A DNA stretch of 64,000 nucleotides. Origin: Nageia nagi. Lineage: Eukaryota > Plantae > Pinophyta. The stretch spans positions 18,476,001 to 18,540,000 of the forward strand of contig JBITNC010000002.1 of the NCBI GenBank assembly GCA_050084985.1. Reading direction: 5' to 3'. Below are positions 25,600 through 39,424 of the stretch, in pieces. Under the pieces are notes generated by a model. The model was not told where the DNA came from. It searched no databases and saw nothing but the letters and a program-made list of their open reading frames with translations. Position 1 is the stretch's first letter, and each line of letters opens with the position of its first letter. The translations under genes were made by a program, and so were the position numbers.

Positions 25600-27790
25600 A
25601 AACTTCATGTGTCTTTTGAGAATCATTAAAAATTAAGCTTCTTAATTTGGCATAGACAAGCACGCTTAAAGGGTTCTCTAAGTCATAATTGCCACCTTTT
25701 CAACATATGAATCTATAAGCCAATGTTGAAAAACACTATTGATTTGACCTCTTAAGCATCTAGATTAGTCCTTTCTTCAAAAATGAGATCCCTTATGACT
25801 TGGTATTTGGAAAACAACAAACTTTTATGCTAACTAGGAATTGAAAAGTCCTCCACCACATTATTTCAGTTGCAAAGGGTCTAAGACAGGTTTACCAAGA
25901 TTTAATTTATTATTATTAGCACCTTCAATGCTTCCCCATCCTTTGCCCTATTCTGTTGCACCTTTATATCCAATAATTCTCTAACAAAGGTTTCAACATT
26001 TTCTCTTACCCTTACAAAAGCTATTTTAGGAGTCTCTTTAGCTCTTCCAGCTTTTCCATTGAAAGTCCTTAAGTTCCTCTCTTTCTAAATTTTCATAAGG
26101 TATAGGCTAGAAAAAAATACCAAATTCTTCTATCTTGCTTACTTCCTTTATTTGGTTGCCACTACATAATCCAATCTAGTATCTTTTCAAGCATTGCTCT
26201 AATAGCTTGAAATTTTCCTCTTAGCCTTTTCCATATTGCTGAAGTGTAGCTATAGTATATAAAAATGTGATTGCTAGATTCTTCTTCTTCCTAGCATAGG
26301 CTACATCTATTTAGGATCATCATACCCCTCTTTTTTAAATTATCAATAGTAACTAGTTTATCTTAGGTTAAAATCCACATAAAGAAAGAAATTTTTGGAA
26401 TAAGATCACTTGTCCAAATTTTCTTCCAAAGATCTTCATTTGAATTCTTCTGATCCTTTATCATTTGATTGATAACATCCTTAATATTAAAATTCTTATC
26501 TCTAGATACAATCCATATTAGTTTATCTCTCATTTCTCTTAAAGTAATACCACTATTCTTGATCTCTTCCATTATCTTTAGTATGTCATTATTAATCTCC
26601 TCTTGTGGATGTTTTAGGATATGCCATATGCCATCCCACTTTAAGAAATAGTCCTCAATTTTTTCCCTTGTCTCACTCTTATACATATATCTCTTAGGTT
26701 TAATTTACTTCATGATACTAGGGGCTTTACTTTAATCCAATGATCTTCCCAGAAAAAAATCATTACCATTCCCTATTTCCCATTTCACATTTTCACCAAT
26801 CCAGTATCTTACTTTAATGATTCTGTTCCAAAAAATCAAGCCATAAGAAGAGCTATTATCTAAGGAAGTGATTTCTATTATTTAGGTATTTGGCTTTATA
26901 TGCCTTGATCCATTCTCTGTATTCTTCTATAGCTAGCTTCCATGCCATTTTTCTCTTAGCGCCATATTTAGGTGTTTCATTTTCCTTAAACCAAGTCTAC
27001 CTTTAGCTTTTTCCTTACACATTTTGCTCCATGCCACTAGTGAGAATTTCTTTCTTTCACTATCACTTTCCCCTAGGAATCTTTTGCACACTTGATCTAT
27101 TTTTTTTGCTATTACTTCTGGCATATTGAAGACCTGCATACTAAAGATAAGAATGCTTTACAAAGTTTGTTTGATTAGGAGAGCTTTTGTTGCATAAGTG
27201 AGAATTTTTCCTTTCCATCATGTCAATTTACCATTGATTTTACTTAGAATTTTTTCCCATTGGTTGCTAGTAAGCTTCCATGGAAAAGTGGCATACCTAA
27301 GTATCTTGTTGGAAGCTGGGCTATCATACATTTGAAGATCTTAGCTATTCTTCCCTATCTCCCTATGTTGGTATTAAGAAAGAATATTATTATTTTCTAG
27401 AGTTTTATGTGTTGATGAGAGACTTTCTCATAGTCTCTTAGGATTATTTTAAAGAAATTTGCTTCTAATCATCAACAAATTAGTGATGAGTAATTACTGA
27501 TGATTTCTTAGCTGGTTTGATTCCTTTCATTATTCCAACAACTTATTCTTTCTTAATAGCTCTACTCAAAGCTGATGCCATGATTATGAAAAGATATGGA
27601 GAAATTAGATCTCCTTGTTTAATACCTCTTTTTGCCCCAAGGTACCCTGCTAGTTCTCCATTAATGGTCACTAAAAATTTAGGCATTGCTATGCACTCTC
27701 TTATCCAAGCTATCCATTTCAAGGTAAACCTAAATATATTCAAAACTTCTTCCAAAAAAAACCCAATTTACCTTATCATATTCCTTTTGT
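25600..27790 (-). mobile_element. 5'-truncated degenerate L1-type LINE (ORF2: RT, zf-RVT, RNase H-like); 3' boundary approximate
   Basis: YDKVNW..., WIAWIRECI, RGIKQGDLISPYLFIIMA (27543-27755), THH*FVDD (~27490-27469), YLGMPLF, LVAWSKMCKEKAKGRLGLR (26933-27139), WKKIWTSDLIPKISFFMW followed by NRCSLC*EEEESSNHIF (26420-26260). Confidence 0.93.
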
Positions 27791-27939
27791 TCCCAAATTG
27801 GCATACCTACTCCACTGTTTTCAACATCATCTTCCTATTTGTGTAACTTTGCATATTTTAAATATAGACTTTACAAACAAAGAATTAAACATGGTTTTAT
27901 TTCTCACCTATTTGTAATAAATGCTTTCATATGATCAAT

Positions 27940-29040
27940 TTTCATAAAAAGATAACATTATTAATAAAAAGGAATATTAGAGCATCACATGCTCATATAA
28001 TCCTCCATTTTTTCTTCTTTTGCTACTTTTATTTCCTCCTCTATCACTTGTCTAACAACAAGTCCATTTTATTCTATTACCTCTTCTCACTACATGGAGA
28101 AAAATGAAGACTTAAATCAAAATATTAAAAATTATATTAATAAATATGTAAAATAATAATCCAAATAACTTAAGTATCACTTTCTCACTTGCATAAAATT
28201 ATCCAAAGGAATTTTTATTTATGTGTTGCTCCATGCCATAATGCTCCCACAAGCTTCTCCAATTATATCAACATCTCCAATGGGCTTGGGTGGCTATTAT
28301 TAGTCTACATAAGTTTCACAAACTTGTACTAAAATATTTATTTATTCTATCAAGATAGAATTTCAAGTGGTAAATGGATCAACATTGAACATAATATTGA
28401 AAGAAACTACTTGACCATCATGAACAAGTAGATGAACTTTTTATCCTTCTTGAAATTCCTTTATGCCAAACCCAAATTGCATGCTCCCATTATTAGATTT
28501 GAGAACAAAATAACATTATTGAAAAAAAAGAATAAGAGGATCACATACTCACTTTTTCCTTTTTTATTTCTTCTTTTTCTCTTTTTGTTTACTTCTATGA
28601 TATTTGCTTATCCTCATGCCCCTATTCTTCTATTCCCTCATTTGATTGCATGGGAGAAAGAGGAAGAGTTAAGTCAAAGCATTTACAAAAATAACTTTGA
28701 CATAATTAGTTTTGATTAAAAAACATTATCAATAAAAAGGAATATTAGAGGATCACATGCTCACCTGCTCCTTTATGTTTCCTTCATCTACTTCTTTGTA
28801 TTTTCAAATCTTCAGATGCATGTTCATCTTTTTTCTCCCTTGCCTACATGTGAGAAAAATAGAGATTAAGTTAAAAAATTTGTAATAACAACTTTAACAT
28901 TATCAATTTTCATAAAATATTAACATTATTGATAAAATAAAATAACAAAGGATCACATGCTTACTTATTCCTTTGATTTTTCTTCTTCTACTCTTTATAT
29001 TTCCTCCTGTATCATCTGAATATCTATTTGTGATACCTTT
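27940..29040. repeat. Four diverged copies of a ~200-bp unit
   Basis: The anchor taacattattaataaaaaggaatattagaggatcacatgctca occurs at ~27952, 28511, 28721 and 28921, each followed by a pyrimidine-rich tract. Confidence 0.7.
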
Positions 29041-29074
29041 TGCTTTACCTACCATATCTCTTGCATAACAACAG

Positions 29075-30202
29075 TTAAAATAATTAATCTCCATTCCTAG
29101 GAGATAGCTACACATACTCTAGGTGATGTTTTTTTTTATTCTAGAGGCTCTATTCATGTCTAGGCATTATCACCAATCTATCGGGTGTTATTTCTTCATT
29201 TTGTGTGTTTATTTGCTCTTGTATAAGTGTTATTGGCTCTTATCTTGATTTTGGGCACTATATTCCTCAACTCCAAGTGCTAGACTCTGGGCACTATTTC
29301 TTCACCATACCTATGGGACATCTTCACTCTAGGAAGTAACAACACCCAAGTTCTAGGACTTAGCACTACCGAATATTACCTCTCGAACTCTAGGCATTAT
29401 TTCTAGATTTGTTCATTGGGACTTATTTATTTTGGGCTTTATTAACTCTGGGTGCTACCACACTCTGGGGGTTATTCTCTACTCAAGTATTCTCTAGGCT
29501 ATGGTCATTTTTATCTACATTATTCTTCCAAGACATCTTTTCTGGGTTCTATCTCTTCTGGGTAGTAACAAACCTTGGGAACTATTTTTTCCTTTTAAGT
29601 TGTATGTAGTGATAACACCCATTGATTTTTGGTAAGTGATGTCACCATTTTAGAGCCTAGATATTGGGACTTATTACACTATCATGTCCCTCTTGCACCA
29701 AAACCTAAATTTACACTATGCAAACATTTGTCTAAGGGATTTCTACCTTGAAATTAAATGGTTGATCATTGACACTAGTTCTAAACACTGACATTAACAT
29801 TTTTGTACAAAAATGGTTGATCTACCTTTTGCAAGCATTTAATGTGTTTCAAACATCGTGTGTACAAGGGCATGGGCTTCCATTACTCTCTACATAAAGG
29901 ATGATAGAATGCATGCATGGAGAAATGCTACATTTAATTATATTTTGACCAAGTAGCACATATGTAATATTTTATTTTAGTGTAAGTCTAGATAGCCTAT
30001 CTGTAAGTTAAGATGGAGGAGCAGATTAAATAATTGTGTAGGTTTTCCTATTAGCTCTAAGAGAGCATTATAAAAACTTTACCTTTGTGCAATACAAATA
30101 ATATTTTCATCTCCTATTTATCTTGCTATTTATTCTTCCTGTTGTTAGCCTTGTTGTGCTCTAGCTATACACATTATTATTTATTTTTCTTTAAAATCTT
30201 CA
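29075..30202 (+). repeat. 5' LTR of the copia element
   Basis: Collinear with 34409-35536 at roughly 80-85% by eye, with many CpG-type transitions. It ends ATCTTCA just before the PBS. Confidence 0.92.
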
Positions 30203-30235
30203 ATTGGTATTAGAGTAGGAGATTTATTAGGTTAA

Positions 30236-33200
30236 ATGGATTCCAAGCAAGGAAATTCATTGCAGTTATAGATTACCATTTTCAATGGATACCATTAGCA
30301 GTACAAGTGCATTCGGATGCAAACATTTCTTATCTCACAAGATTTATGGATATTTATTTCCTAGGGATTTACCAACTCAAATGAATTCACCTTTGTAGCC
30401 ATGACTATAGATGAGAAGAAAAAAGTGTTGGAGAACTAAAAGAAGGATGCCAAGGCATTATTTTCCATCCAGTCTAAGATAGATGTGTCCATCTTCCCAA
30501 AATTTTAGAGTGTAAGACTTCTAAGGAAGCATGGGAGATCTTAGAGACTACATACAAAGGATTAGCTAAGGATTTTGAATCTCTCTATATAAGAGAGGAA
30601 GAAAATATAAGTTTCTTCTTTTCCAAGATCCAAGATCTTGTAAATGCCCTCCATTCACATGATGAAGAGATGGGAGACACCAAAATTGTTGAAAAGGTGC
30701 TCTAGAGCTTGCTGAGAAGGTTTGATCCCATCACCACTACCATTGAAGAAGCAAAGGACCTATCCCAACTCACACTTGTAGAGTTGCAAGGTAGTTTAAC
30801 TACCTATGAGTATAAAATTAGTGATAGAGTTGAGTCTTTGGACCAATATTTCCAAGGATAATTGAGAATGAAGGGTCAAGAGCCCTCTTCATAAACTCCT
30901 AGTTCTTCTTCATCCTCTCATGGAAGAGGTGGATCATCATGAGGAAGAAGTGGTGGCAGAGGCAGAGGCATAAGAGGTCATGGAAGAGGCTATTCTGGGG
31001 GAAGATCACAAAATGATACCCTTAGACATTATGACTTTTCTAATAAATATGGTCACATGAAATCACATTATTGGAAGAATAATCCCCGCCTCAAAGCTCA
31101 GTATGTTGAGGATCAAGCAGAGAGTAGCATGTTCCTCACCTGTAGTAGTTTTCAAGCTAAAGAAGAAGATGTATGGTACCTAGATAGTGGTTGCTTTAAC
31201 CACATGAATGGAAACAAAGCCTTGTTTCTTAATGTTGACACTAATGTTATAGGATAAGTTAGGTTTGGTGATAACACAAGTGCTGACATCCATGGTAGAA
31301 GAACTATTGCCTTTAAGTTTAAAGCTAGTAAGATAGTTTATATGCATAGCACTCTTTTTATTCCTAGCCTCAAGCACAATCTATTAAGTATTGGCTAGCT
31401 TAGTATAAAGGGTTATATTACCACCTTCAAAAGGAAAGGGTGCGCCATAGTAAAAGAGGCCAATAACTAGCTTATAGCCACCATCCATATGATTGAAAAT
31501 AGGATGTATATGCTTAGGATGACACCTGTAGCAAGTTGTTTAAAGGAATCCATTGATTCTACTTGGTTATGGCATAGAATATTTGGTCATTGAAACTTTC
31601 ACTCATTAGATGGTCTACACAAATTGGTGAGAGGCGTTCCTATCATCTCCCACACACCCAATGAGGTCTGTGAAATTTATGTTGTAGGAAAGCAACACAA
31701 AGTGAAGTTTCTAAAGCACCAATACAGGGACAAATTCCCTCTTCAGCTGGTGCATGCAGACTTGTGTGGACCAATGCAGACTCCCAACCAAGGTGGTAAG
31801 TCAAGATATATGCTCATATTTACTAGTGACTTTTCTAGGATGAGTTGGCTTTATTTACTGCAAAACAAGTCTGACTCCTTTGAGAGTTTTGTTAAATTTA
31901 AGTCTCTTGTTGAAAAATAATCTGGCTATTTTATCAAGAAGTTTAGAAATAATAGAGGAGGAGAATTATTTTCAAATGAATTTAAGAACTTCTACCATTA
32001 GCATGGCATTGTTAGACAATATACAACTACCTACACTCCATAACAGAATGGAGTGGCTGAATGGAAAAATCAGATAGTTGTTGAGATGGCTAGATGAATG
32101 ATAAAAGAAAAGGGTCATTGCACTAGTTTTTAGGTGAAGTAGTGCATGCTATAATTTATATTCTAAATAGGTGTTCCACTCAAGTTTTAAAGGAAACCAC
32201 CCCTTATGAAGTTTGGTTTGGTGTGCAGCCAAACATTTCTCATCTTTGGATATTTGGGTCAACATATTTTGTGCATGTGCCAAAAGAAAATAGGAAGAAG
32301 CTTGATGAGAAATCCATTAAATGTATTTTAGTGGGATACTCTAAAGCATGTAAGGCCTATAGGTGTTATGATCCTCTAACTGGTAAGATACACATTAGCA
32401 GAGATATGATTTTTGAAGAAGGGGATATAACCCATTAAGAAAATGGTGTTGAAGACATCAACACTATTGGATTCTAGCTTGATGAAGATTGTGAACCTTC
32501 TCACACTACTACAGCTCCTCCTCCTCATCCTTCATCACCATCTTCACCATCCACCAACTCACCATAGTAGGCACAACCAAATTAGTCTCTTGCTGCTCAT
32601 ACACCACCAACCAAGAATAAGTGGACAAGTGACCACTATCATCCTCCATCATTGATATTGGATAAAGAGCTTAATAAAAGAATGACTTGATCATAAAATA
32701 GAGGTGGAAATCAAGTGGTAAATATCTCTTATTAATTAATGGCTTCATTTATTGAGCCTTCCTCATATACTGAAGCTATTGCTAATGAGGATTGGAAGAA
32801 AGCCATGGGGGATGAGATTGAGCAAATCCAGAAGAATGACACCTAGGAGCTCATACCTTCTCCTAAGGATAAAAAGGTAATTTGTGTCAAGTGGATTTAC
32901 AAATTAAAGCATAATCCTGACAGGAGTATTGCAAACCATAAAACCTATCTAGTTGCTAAAGGATATGCTTAAAAGGAAGGGCTAGATTATGATGAGACCT
33001 TTACACTGGTGGCTAAGCTAGAGACTGTGAGATATCTACTTGCACTTGCCTCTCATTTTGGATTAACATTATATCAGATGGATGTCAAATCCACCTTCCT
33101 TAATGAATATTTAAAGGAGGTTGTTTATGTTAATCAGCCTAAAGGATTTATTATTCTTGATCAAGTAAATAAGGTGTATAAACTCAAAAAGGCTCTCTAT

Positions 33201-34250
33201 GGCCTTAAACAAGCACCTTGAGCATGGTATGCCCAAATTTATGGTTACCTTCAAAAAAATAGTTATTAGAGATGCTCAGCAGAAAGAACATTGTACATAA
33301 TGGTTGAAGGTAGCAACTTCTTTATTCTGTGCTTGTTGTTGATTGTATCATTTTTACTAGCACCTCTAATTCTATGATAGATCAATTTAAGAATGCTATG
33401 ATTAGTGAATTTGAGATGACTGATCTTGGAGAGATGAATTATTTCCTTGGACTACAAGTTAAGCAATCCTCTAGTGGAATTTTGATCACTTAGTCCAAAT
33501 ATGTGAAAGATCTGCTGGCTCGCTTCAAGATGCAAAGATGCAACCCTATTAATACACCAACTATTATCAAAGCCAATCTATTGAAGGAAGAATCCTCTCC
33601 ACATGTTGATGCCACTATGTATCAATCCTTTATAAGTAGCCTTATGTATCTCACTACTACCAAACCAAACATCATGTTTGCTATCAACAAAGTAGCCTGA
33701 TTCATGCACTCACCACATCAGATGCATTGGATTGTAGCCAAGCAGATCCTATGCTATGTGAGTGGCACATGCCAATATGGAATTTGGTATAAATCCTTAT
33801 ATCAAGCAATGTTATAAGCCTATATAGATTCTGATTAGGTCAAATTTCATGATGACCAAAAGAGCATATCAAGGTATGGATTCTTCTTTAGAGAATATTT
33901 GGTTTCATGGAGCAGCAAGAAGCAACCCATTATTGCACTTTCATTAGCAGAAGCTGAGTATATTGTTACCTCTGCCACTTGCATACAAGCCATTTGGCTT
34001 GCCCATCTATTTGAAGATTTGGGCATGGATAATATCAACATGATTTCCATGACCAAGAACCCTATATTTCATAGCAAGACAAAGCACATTGCTATATGCC
34101 ATCACTTTATGAGAGATTTAGTTGAATATGGTTTTATCCAATTTCATCACTATCCTATTGATGCTCAAATTGGAGACATCTTTACAAAGCCATTGCCTAA
34201 GGATCATTTTTGCTACCTTTAGAGCTAACTTGGAGTCCAAACCTTAGAAA
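30236..34250 (+). pseudogene. Copia gag-pol polyprotein relic
   Basis: IRMQTFLISQDLW (gag N-terminus), WYLDSGCFNHMNG (protease), LVHADLCGPM (integrase), KLDEKSIKCILVGYS, YQMDVKSTFLN and YKLKKALYGLKQAP (RT), VSWSSKKQPIIALSLAEAEY and GDIFTKPL (RNase H). Interrupted by stops and frameshifts. Confidence 0.95.
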
Positions 34251-34408
34251 TTCAGGGGGTGAATGTTGGTGAATCTTGACTAGCTTAGGATATTGGTTGG
34301 ACTTTGTATATATTGCATATGTCTTTAACTTTATTTTTCTTTGTATTTGAATTTTTTTGGCAAATAGAGAAAGTGTTATCATTTGGTATTGGAGATTAAG
34401 GGGGTGAT

Positions 34409-35536
34409 TGAAAATAATTAATCTCCATTCCTAAGAGATAGCTACATCTGCTTCGGGTGATGTTTTTTTATTTTATGGGCTCTATTCACATTCAGGCATT
34501 ATCACTAATCTATAGGGCATTATTTCTATCTTCATTTTGGGTGTTATTTGCTCCTATCTAGGTGTTATTGGCTCCTATATTCATTTCAAGCACTATATTC
34601 CTTAGCTTTAGGTGTTAGACTCTAGGAAGTATTTCTTCACCATACCCATAGTATGTTTTCACTTTGGGAAGCAATAACACCTGGGTTCTAGGAATTAGCA
34701 CTACCAAACATTACCTCCCAAACTCTCGACATTATTTCCAAATTTATTCATCGAGACTTATTGATTTCAGGATTTATTAACTCTGGGTGCTACCACACTT
34801 TGGGACTTATTCTCTTCTCAAGTCTTCAAGCTATGATCATTTTTCTCTATGCTGCACTTTCGAGACATCTTTTCTGGGTTCTATCTCTTTCGAGAAGTAA
34901 CAAACCCTAAGAACTATTTTTACCTTCTGAGTTGCAGGTAGTGATAACACCCATTGATTTTTGGTGAGTAATGTCACCATTTTAGAGCTTGAATCCTTGG
35001 AATTATTGCACTATCATGTCCCTCTTGCACTAGAACCTAGATTTACACTATGGAAATGTCTGTATAAGGGATTTCTACCTCAGAATTCAATGCTCAACCA
35101 TTGACACTAGTTTTTGAACATCGACATTAACATCTTTGTATAAAAATGGTTGATTTACCTTTTGAAACCATTTAATATATTTTAGACATTATGCATACAA
35201 GGGCATGGGCTTCCTCTACTCTCTACAGAAAGGATGATAAAATACATGCATGGAGCCATGTTGCATTTAATTGTATTTTGACCAAGTACCATGTATGTAA
35301 TATTTTATTTTAGTATAAGTATAGATAGCCTATTTGTAAGCTAAGGATGGAGGAGCAGATTAAAGAACCATGTACGTTTTCCTGTTAGCTCCAAGAGAGC
35401 ATTGTAAAATTTTTACCTCTCTGCAATACAAACAATATTTTGGTCTCCTATTTATCTTGCTATTTATTCTGCCTATGGTTAGCCTTGCTATGCTCTGGCT
35501 ATACACATTATTGTTTATTTTTCTTCAAAATATTCA
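34409..35536 (+). repeat. 3' LTR of the copia element
   Basis: TGAAAAT...ATATTCA, immediately after the PPT. Confidence 0.92.
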
Positions 35537-36829
35537 AATCAGATGCTCAATTTGCATGATATAATCTCTTGCATAAACAATTTAATTACACTTGAATTCA
35601 ATGCAAAATAGAATTTCAAATACTCCATTACCTTGTTTGCAACATCATCACATCATTGATTTACATTTTGTGCAACACCTGTGCCGTTGTATTTATCAAA
35701 ACCAAAAAAATTTATGCCTTTATATCAAGTCTCTATAAATATGGTACAATCTTCACATTTTTTTTAATTTGATTCACACTCTTTCATTTTTTCACCTATG
35801 GCTTTCCTACCTTCTTTTGATAAACTAACAATTAAGTTGATAAATTCATTAAAAAACCATTTATGAAATAATCTAGGGTATGTACTATTATATTATCTCT
35901 TAAGTACCTTATTTATACACTTGTTTTCATTTAGATATCTTTTTCTATCATAAGAGGATGGATTAGGATTTTTAACAATTGCCTTCTTACCTCTTCTCAA
36001 CTTTGGAATTGTTGGTGCATCTTGATGAATTTTAATCCTATGGATGTTCATTCTCTACCAAAAACTATAATAATATCTATTGTATGCACCACATCATCCA
36101 AGGTAGCATATGTACTTTGTCTTCTTAGCCACCCTCATAACTGCCCACTCTCCTTCCACACCATCTATGAAAAATCTCTCTAGGATTAATAAATCGGTAT
36201 ACCAACCTCATCTCAAGATCTTCAGCCTATACAAAGTAAATAAGATTAGATAATAAAATGTTAAATGTTTTGTATGCCCAATAAGAAATGTAGATATACC
36301 AACCATTGTAATCTAAAGGATCTGTACAACTATGACTATTGTTAAGATTGATTCTAAATCCAATTTCAAACTGCAAATTTGAATAAGAAGTTAATAAGAC
36401 TAATGCAATAAGAATATTCTTATTAAAAAAAACAAACAAAAAGAATTCAGGATAAAACATACTAGCTTGATTGAAAAAACCACTAAAGCTTTGGAATAAT
36501 TTCTCTATCATTGGGTATTTTTTTTTTATAAATAAAGTGGTTTTCTTGATTGGAATAGATGAACATTCTTAATGAAGTGGTCAACAAAAATGTACAATAA
36601 CTATCTCCATATACATACATTAATTTAAAATTTATATTAAAAGCATTAGGTAAGCATATTTAACATCATTTCATAATATGAAATAATATCAGTTGGTTAT
36701 ATGAACCATTAATCTTACATATTTGGATAGGCACTATGAGATGACATGATTCTAAAATTGTAATAAAAATTGATATCAAGGATAGAGAAACCAAAACATT
36801 TATGAAACATTGATTGGCATCATGAGAAT

Positions 36830-37345
36830 ATAGATCTAGTCGATGAGGAATGTATATACTTTAATATCATGAGTGGCTTTGCATTATTCCTAGAATGAAT
36901 CATTATGTATGCATTGTTGACCTTGTTGATTGTGTATGCTAGGTTGAGAAAGTTTTACATTTTATAGATTGCAATGACCTTGGGATATACAAAAAAATAA
37001 TTTTCTAAAAATAACCTACAAATATTTTAGTAGATGCAATTGTTAGTCAAAAAAATCTATAACCTTCACTGACATTCTTCCAACATGTACCACCATGGGA
37101 ACTTTGGAATAATGTATGTACATCCATCAAAGAGTAGTTAAAAATGAGTTTGCTTTGAATATTGTGATTATGAATGCTCTCATAGACATGTATACAAAAT
37201 AAGAAAGAACACATAAGGGTGGAGAATTATTGGATAAGATACATGATGAAAACATAATTTTATGGACTGCATAAAATTGATTTTCGATAGTTTCCCTCTA
37301 GAATTTTAAGTAGCTAGAATTAACAAGCATAAAACTAAACTCTAC
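36830..37345 (+). pseudogene. Second PLS-class PPR relic
   Basis: LVDEECIYFNIMS...IIPRMNHYVCIVDL, ITFTDILPTCTTMGTLE*CMYIHQRVVKNEFALNIVIMNALIDMYTK and ELLDKIHDENIILWTA. Same sequence family as 1-4230. Confidence 0.85.
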
Positions 37346-38189
37346 GGTAATAGGTTATATTCCAAGTACAATACCTTTGTTGCAGGATGTGAACATTGAT
37401 GATAAAAATCTACTTCTCTTCCAACATAGAGAAAAGTTGATAATTAATTGCATCTGAGTTGTTAAAGATTGACCCTAAATCATTATTAGAGTTGTGAAGA
37501 ATCTTCAAAGTACATGATAACTGCTATATTGCAACCAAGTTTATATCCAAGATTGTTGCATAGGACATTATTTATAAGGAGACAAACTAACTCCATATCG
37601 ACCCTGATAGACATAATTGAGGGAGCATTAAAATGATAAAAGTTTTGTTTGAATAAAATGGGGGATTGGAAAATAAGTAGATGTGGATATCTTTCTCATA
37701 AAATTATGATAACGATCATGATAGAAATGTATGTAAAATTTATATTTCCAGAAAAGCTTCTACATAAATGTATGATATTCCTTGATAAGCTTCTCAAACA
37801 AGTTTAAATCTTACTACTGATAATTTATTTACACCTTTTTGAATTTAGAAATCCTAATCGTAAGGACTTTACCCTAGTCTCACACACAATTCTGTAGGAG
37901 TTTTGCATAACTTACATGAAGCATAACTCTACAATAATGCTTCTTGTTCTGTAATAATCAAAGGGTCTTGGTGGAAACGTTATTTTTCAACAATGGATGA
38001 ACAAAGAGGAGAATCTACAACAATGATCTTGCTTTCTCTTGTTTCAGCGTAACAATTATGTTCCGAGTTTAAGGTATTCTTTCATTTCAAATTTGCAAGA
38101 ATATATTGTGTGTATATCATAATAACCTTAGAATGTGTATATATTATGTGCATATATCATATAATAAAAAAATAAATGCTCGCAAATAG

Positions 38190-38760
38190 GTTGTTGATAA
38201 TATATTTGATATGCATATGAGATAGAATATATGATATACGCACGAGATAGGACATACGATATACACATGTAATATGCATAATGATATACACACAAGATAC
38301 AATATAATTGATATACACAAGCTATCATTAATTATTGTCAAAAAGAAATTTGATATAGGCACGAGATAAAAATATGATATATGCACATAATATTTATAGC
38401 GATATGTGCATGAGATATTAAATATGATATACACATGTAATGTGCATAGTGATATACACACTAGATACAATTTTTGCCGAAAAGTAGATTGCTGAAAAAA
38501 TACATAATTTATGCATGTAATATTTATGATTTACGCATAAGTTATCATTATCACCTAAAAGTAATCACTAAAAATGTATGTAATATATACATGAAATATT
38601 ATAAATGATATACACATATAATATGCAATCTTGTCAAAAAACAGATATCAGAAATATATTTGATATATACATGTAATACATAAAATCATATACACATACA
38701 ATATGATTATGTTGAAAAAAAACATTTACTAAAAATTAATTAATATATACATATAATATA
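38190..38760. repeat. Degenerate AT-rich minisatellite upstream of the MYB promoter
   Basis: Recurrent atgatatacacatgtaatatgcat-like units. 38257-38303 is duplicated at ~38424-38471. Confidence 0.65.
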
Positions 38761-39207
38761 ATAAAACAAAGTGAATTTTGATATACACTTGAACTATGCG
38801 ATCACGTTTTGATCGTCAGATAACCTTTTCTTTTGGTAAGTGGAATATTAAAATAAGCAAGTGCATAAATTACGTAAGTCAAAAGGAAAGTCCGTATATA
38901 ACTCAAGGTAAGACATGATGTCACAATTCGATATTTGTAGTGTTCAACTTTTCTTCACTTCCTCTACGATACAATCAATGAAATTGTGCGCCACCTTCGA
39001 CTCTTTAACCTCTCACTCCTATTCATCTAATGATTGCTTCTGCTTTCCTGTAAATCAGATGAAGTTCGGCAGTCAGCAACAATCTAAAAAGTTCTACTCT
39101 CCAGCCAACAAGTTTGATGTTGAGCCGCTGAATAATTGCAGGCTCTGAAAAGTTCTTCATAGTTCAGAGAACCTGGAACAGAATTACAAATGCTACTCTA
39201 GCTTATA

Positions 39208-39279
39208 GTTGGTATATACTTAAGTTGGTGAAGTGGGGGAGCATGTGGCGTCACAGTGTGGACAGATTAAGGATTAGGT
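39208..39279 (-). promoter_or_regulatory. Cluster of three AC-type (MYB-binding) elements in the MYB upstream region
   Basis: GTTGGT at 39208 and 39224 (ACCAAC on minus) and TTAGGT at 39274 (ACCTAA on minus). These are motif matches only. Confidence 0.35.
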
Positions 39280-39417
39280 GTTAGATTAAATAAGAGAGTA
39301 AGTTCAAGGAAATTTAGTAGATTTGCGTGGGAGACACTCTTTTCTAGCAAATGTCTGACGTACAGAACTTAACCTTTAGCTGCAGACAGGTTTGACTTCC
39401 GCCCTAACTCTCCTTGT

Positions 39418-39424
39418 TATATAT
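39418..39424 (+). promoter_or_regulatory. Candidate TATA box of the MYB gene
   Basis: TATATAT about 160 bp upstream of the ATG at 39581, within the CpG-retaining promoter region. Confidence 0.45.

Larger units (their letters stand above)
29075..35536 (+). mobile_element. Degenerate full-length Ty1/copia LTR retrotransposon (~6.5 kb, Ivana/Ale-like polyprotein)
   Basis: Two 1128-bp LTRs, PBS TGGTATTAGAG (30205-30215), gag-PR-INT-RT-RH order and PPT attaagggggtga (34395-34407). The TSD is degenerate (AACAG vs AATCAG). Confidence 0.95.

Noticed and set aside
38128-38470. Y/I/C-rich minus-strand ORFs
   Set aside because: They are translations of an AT-rich minisatellite with no domain signal.
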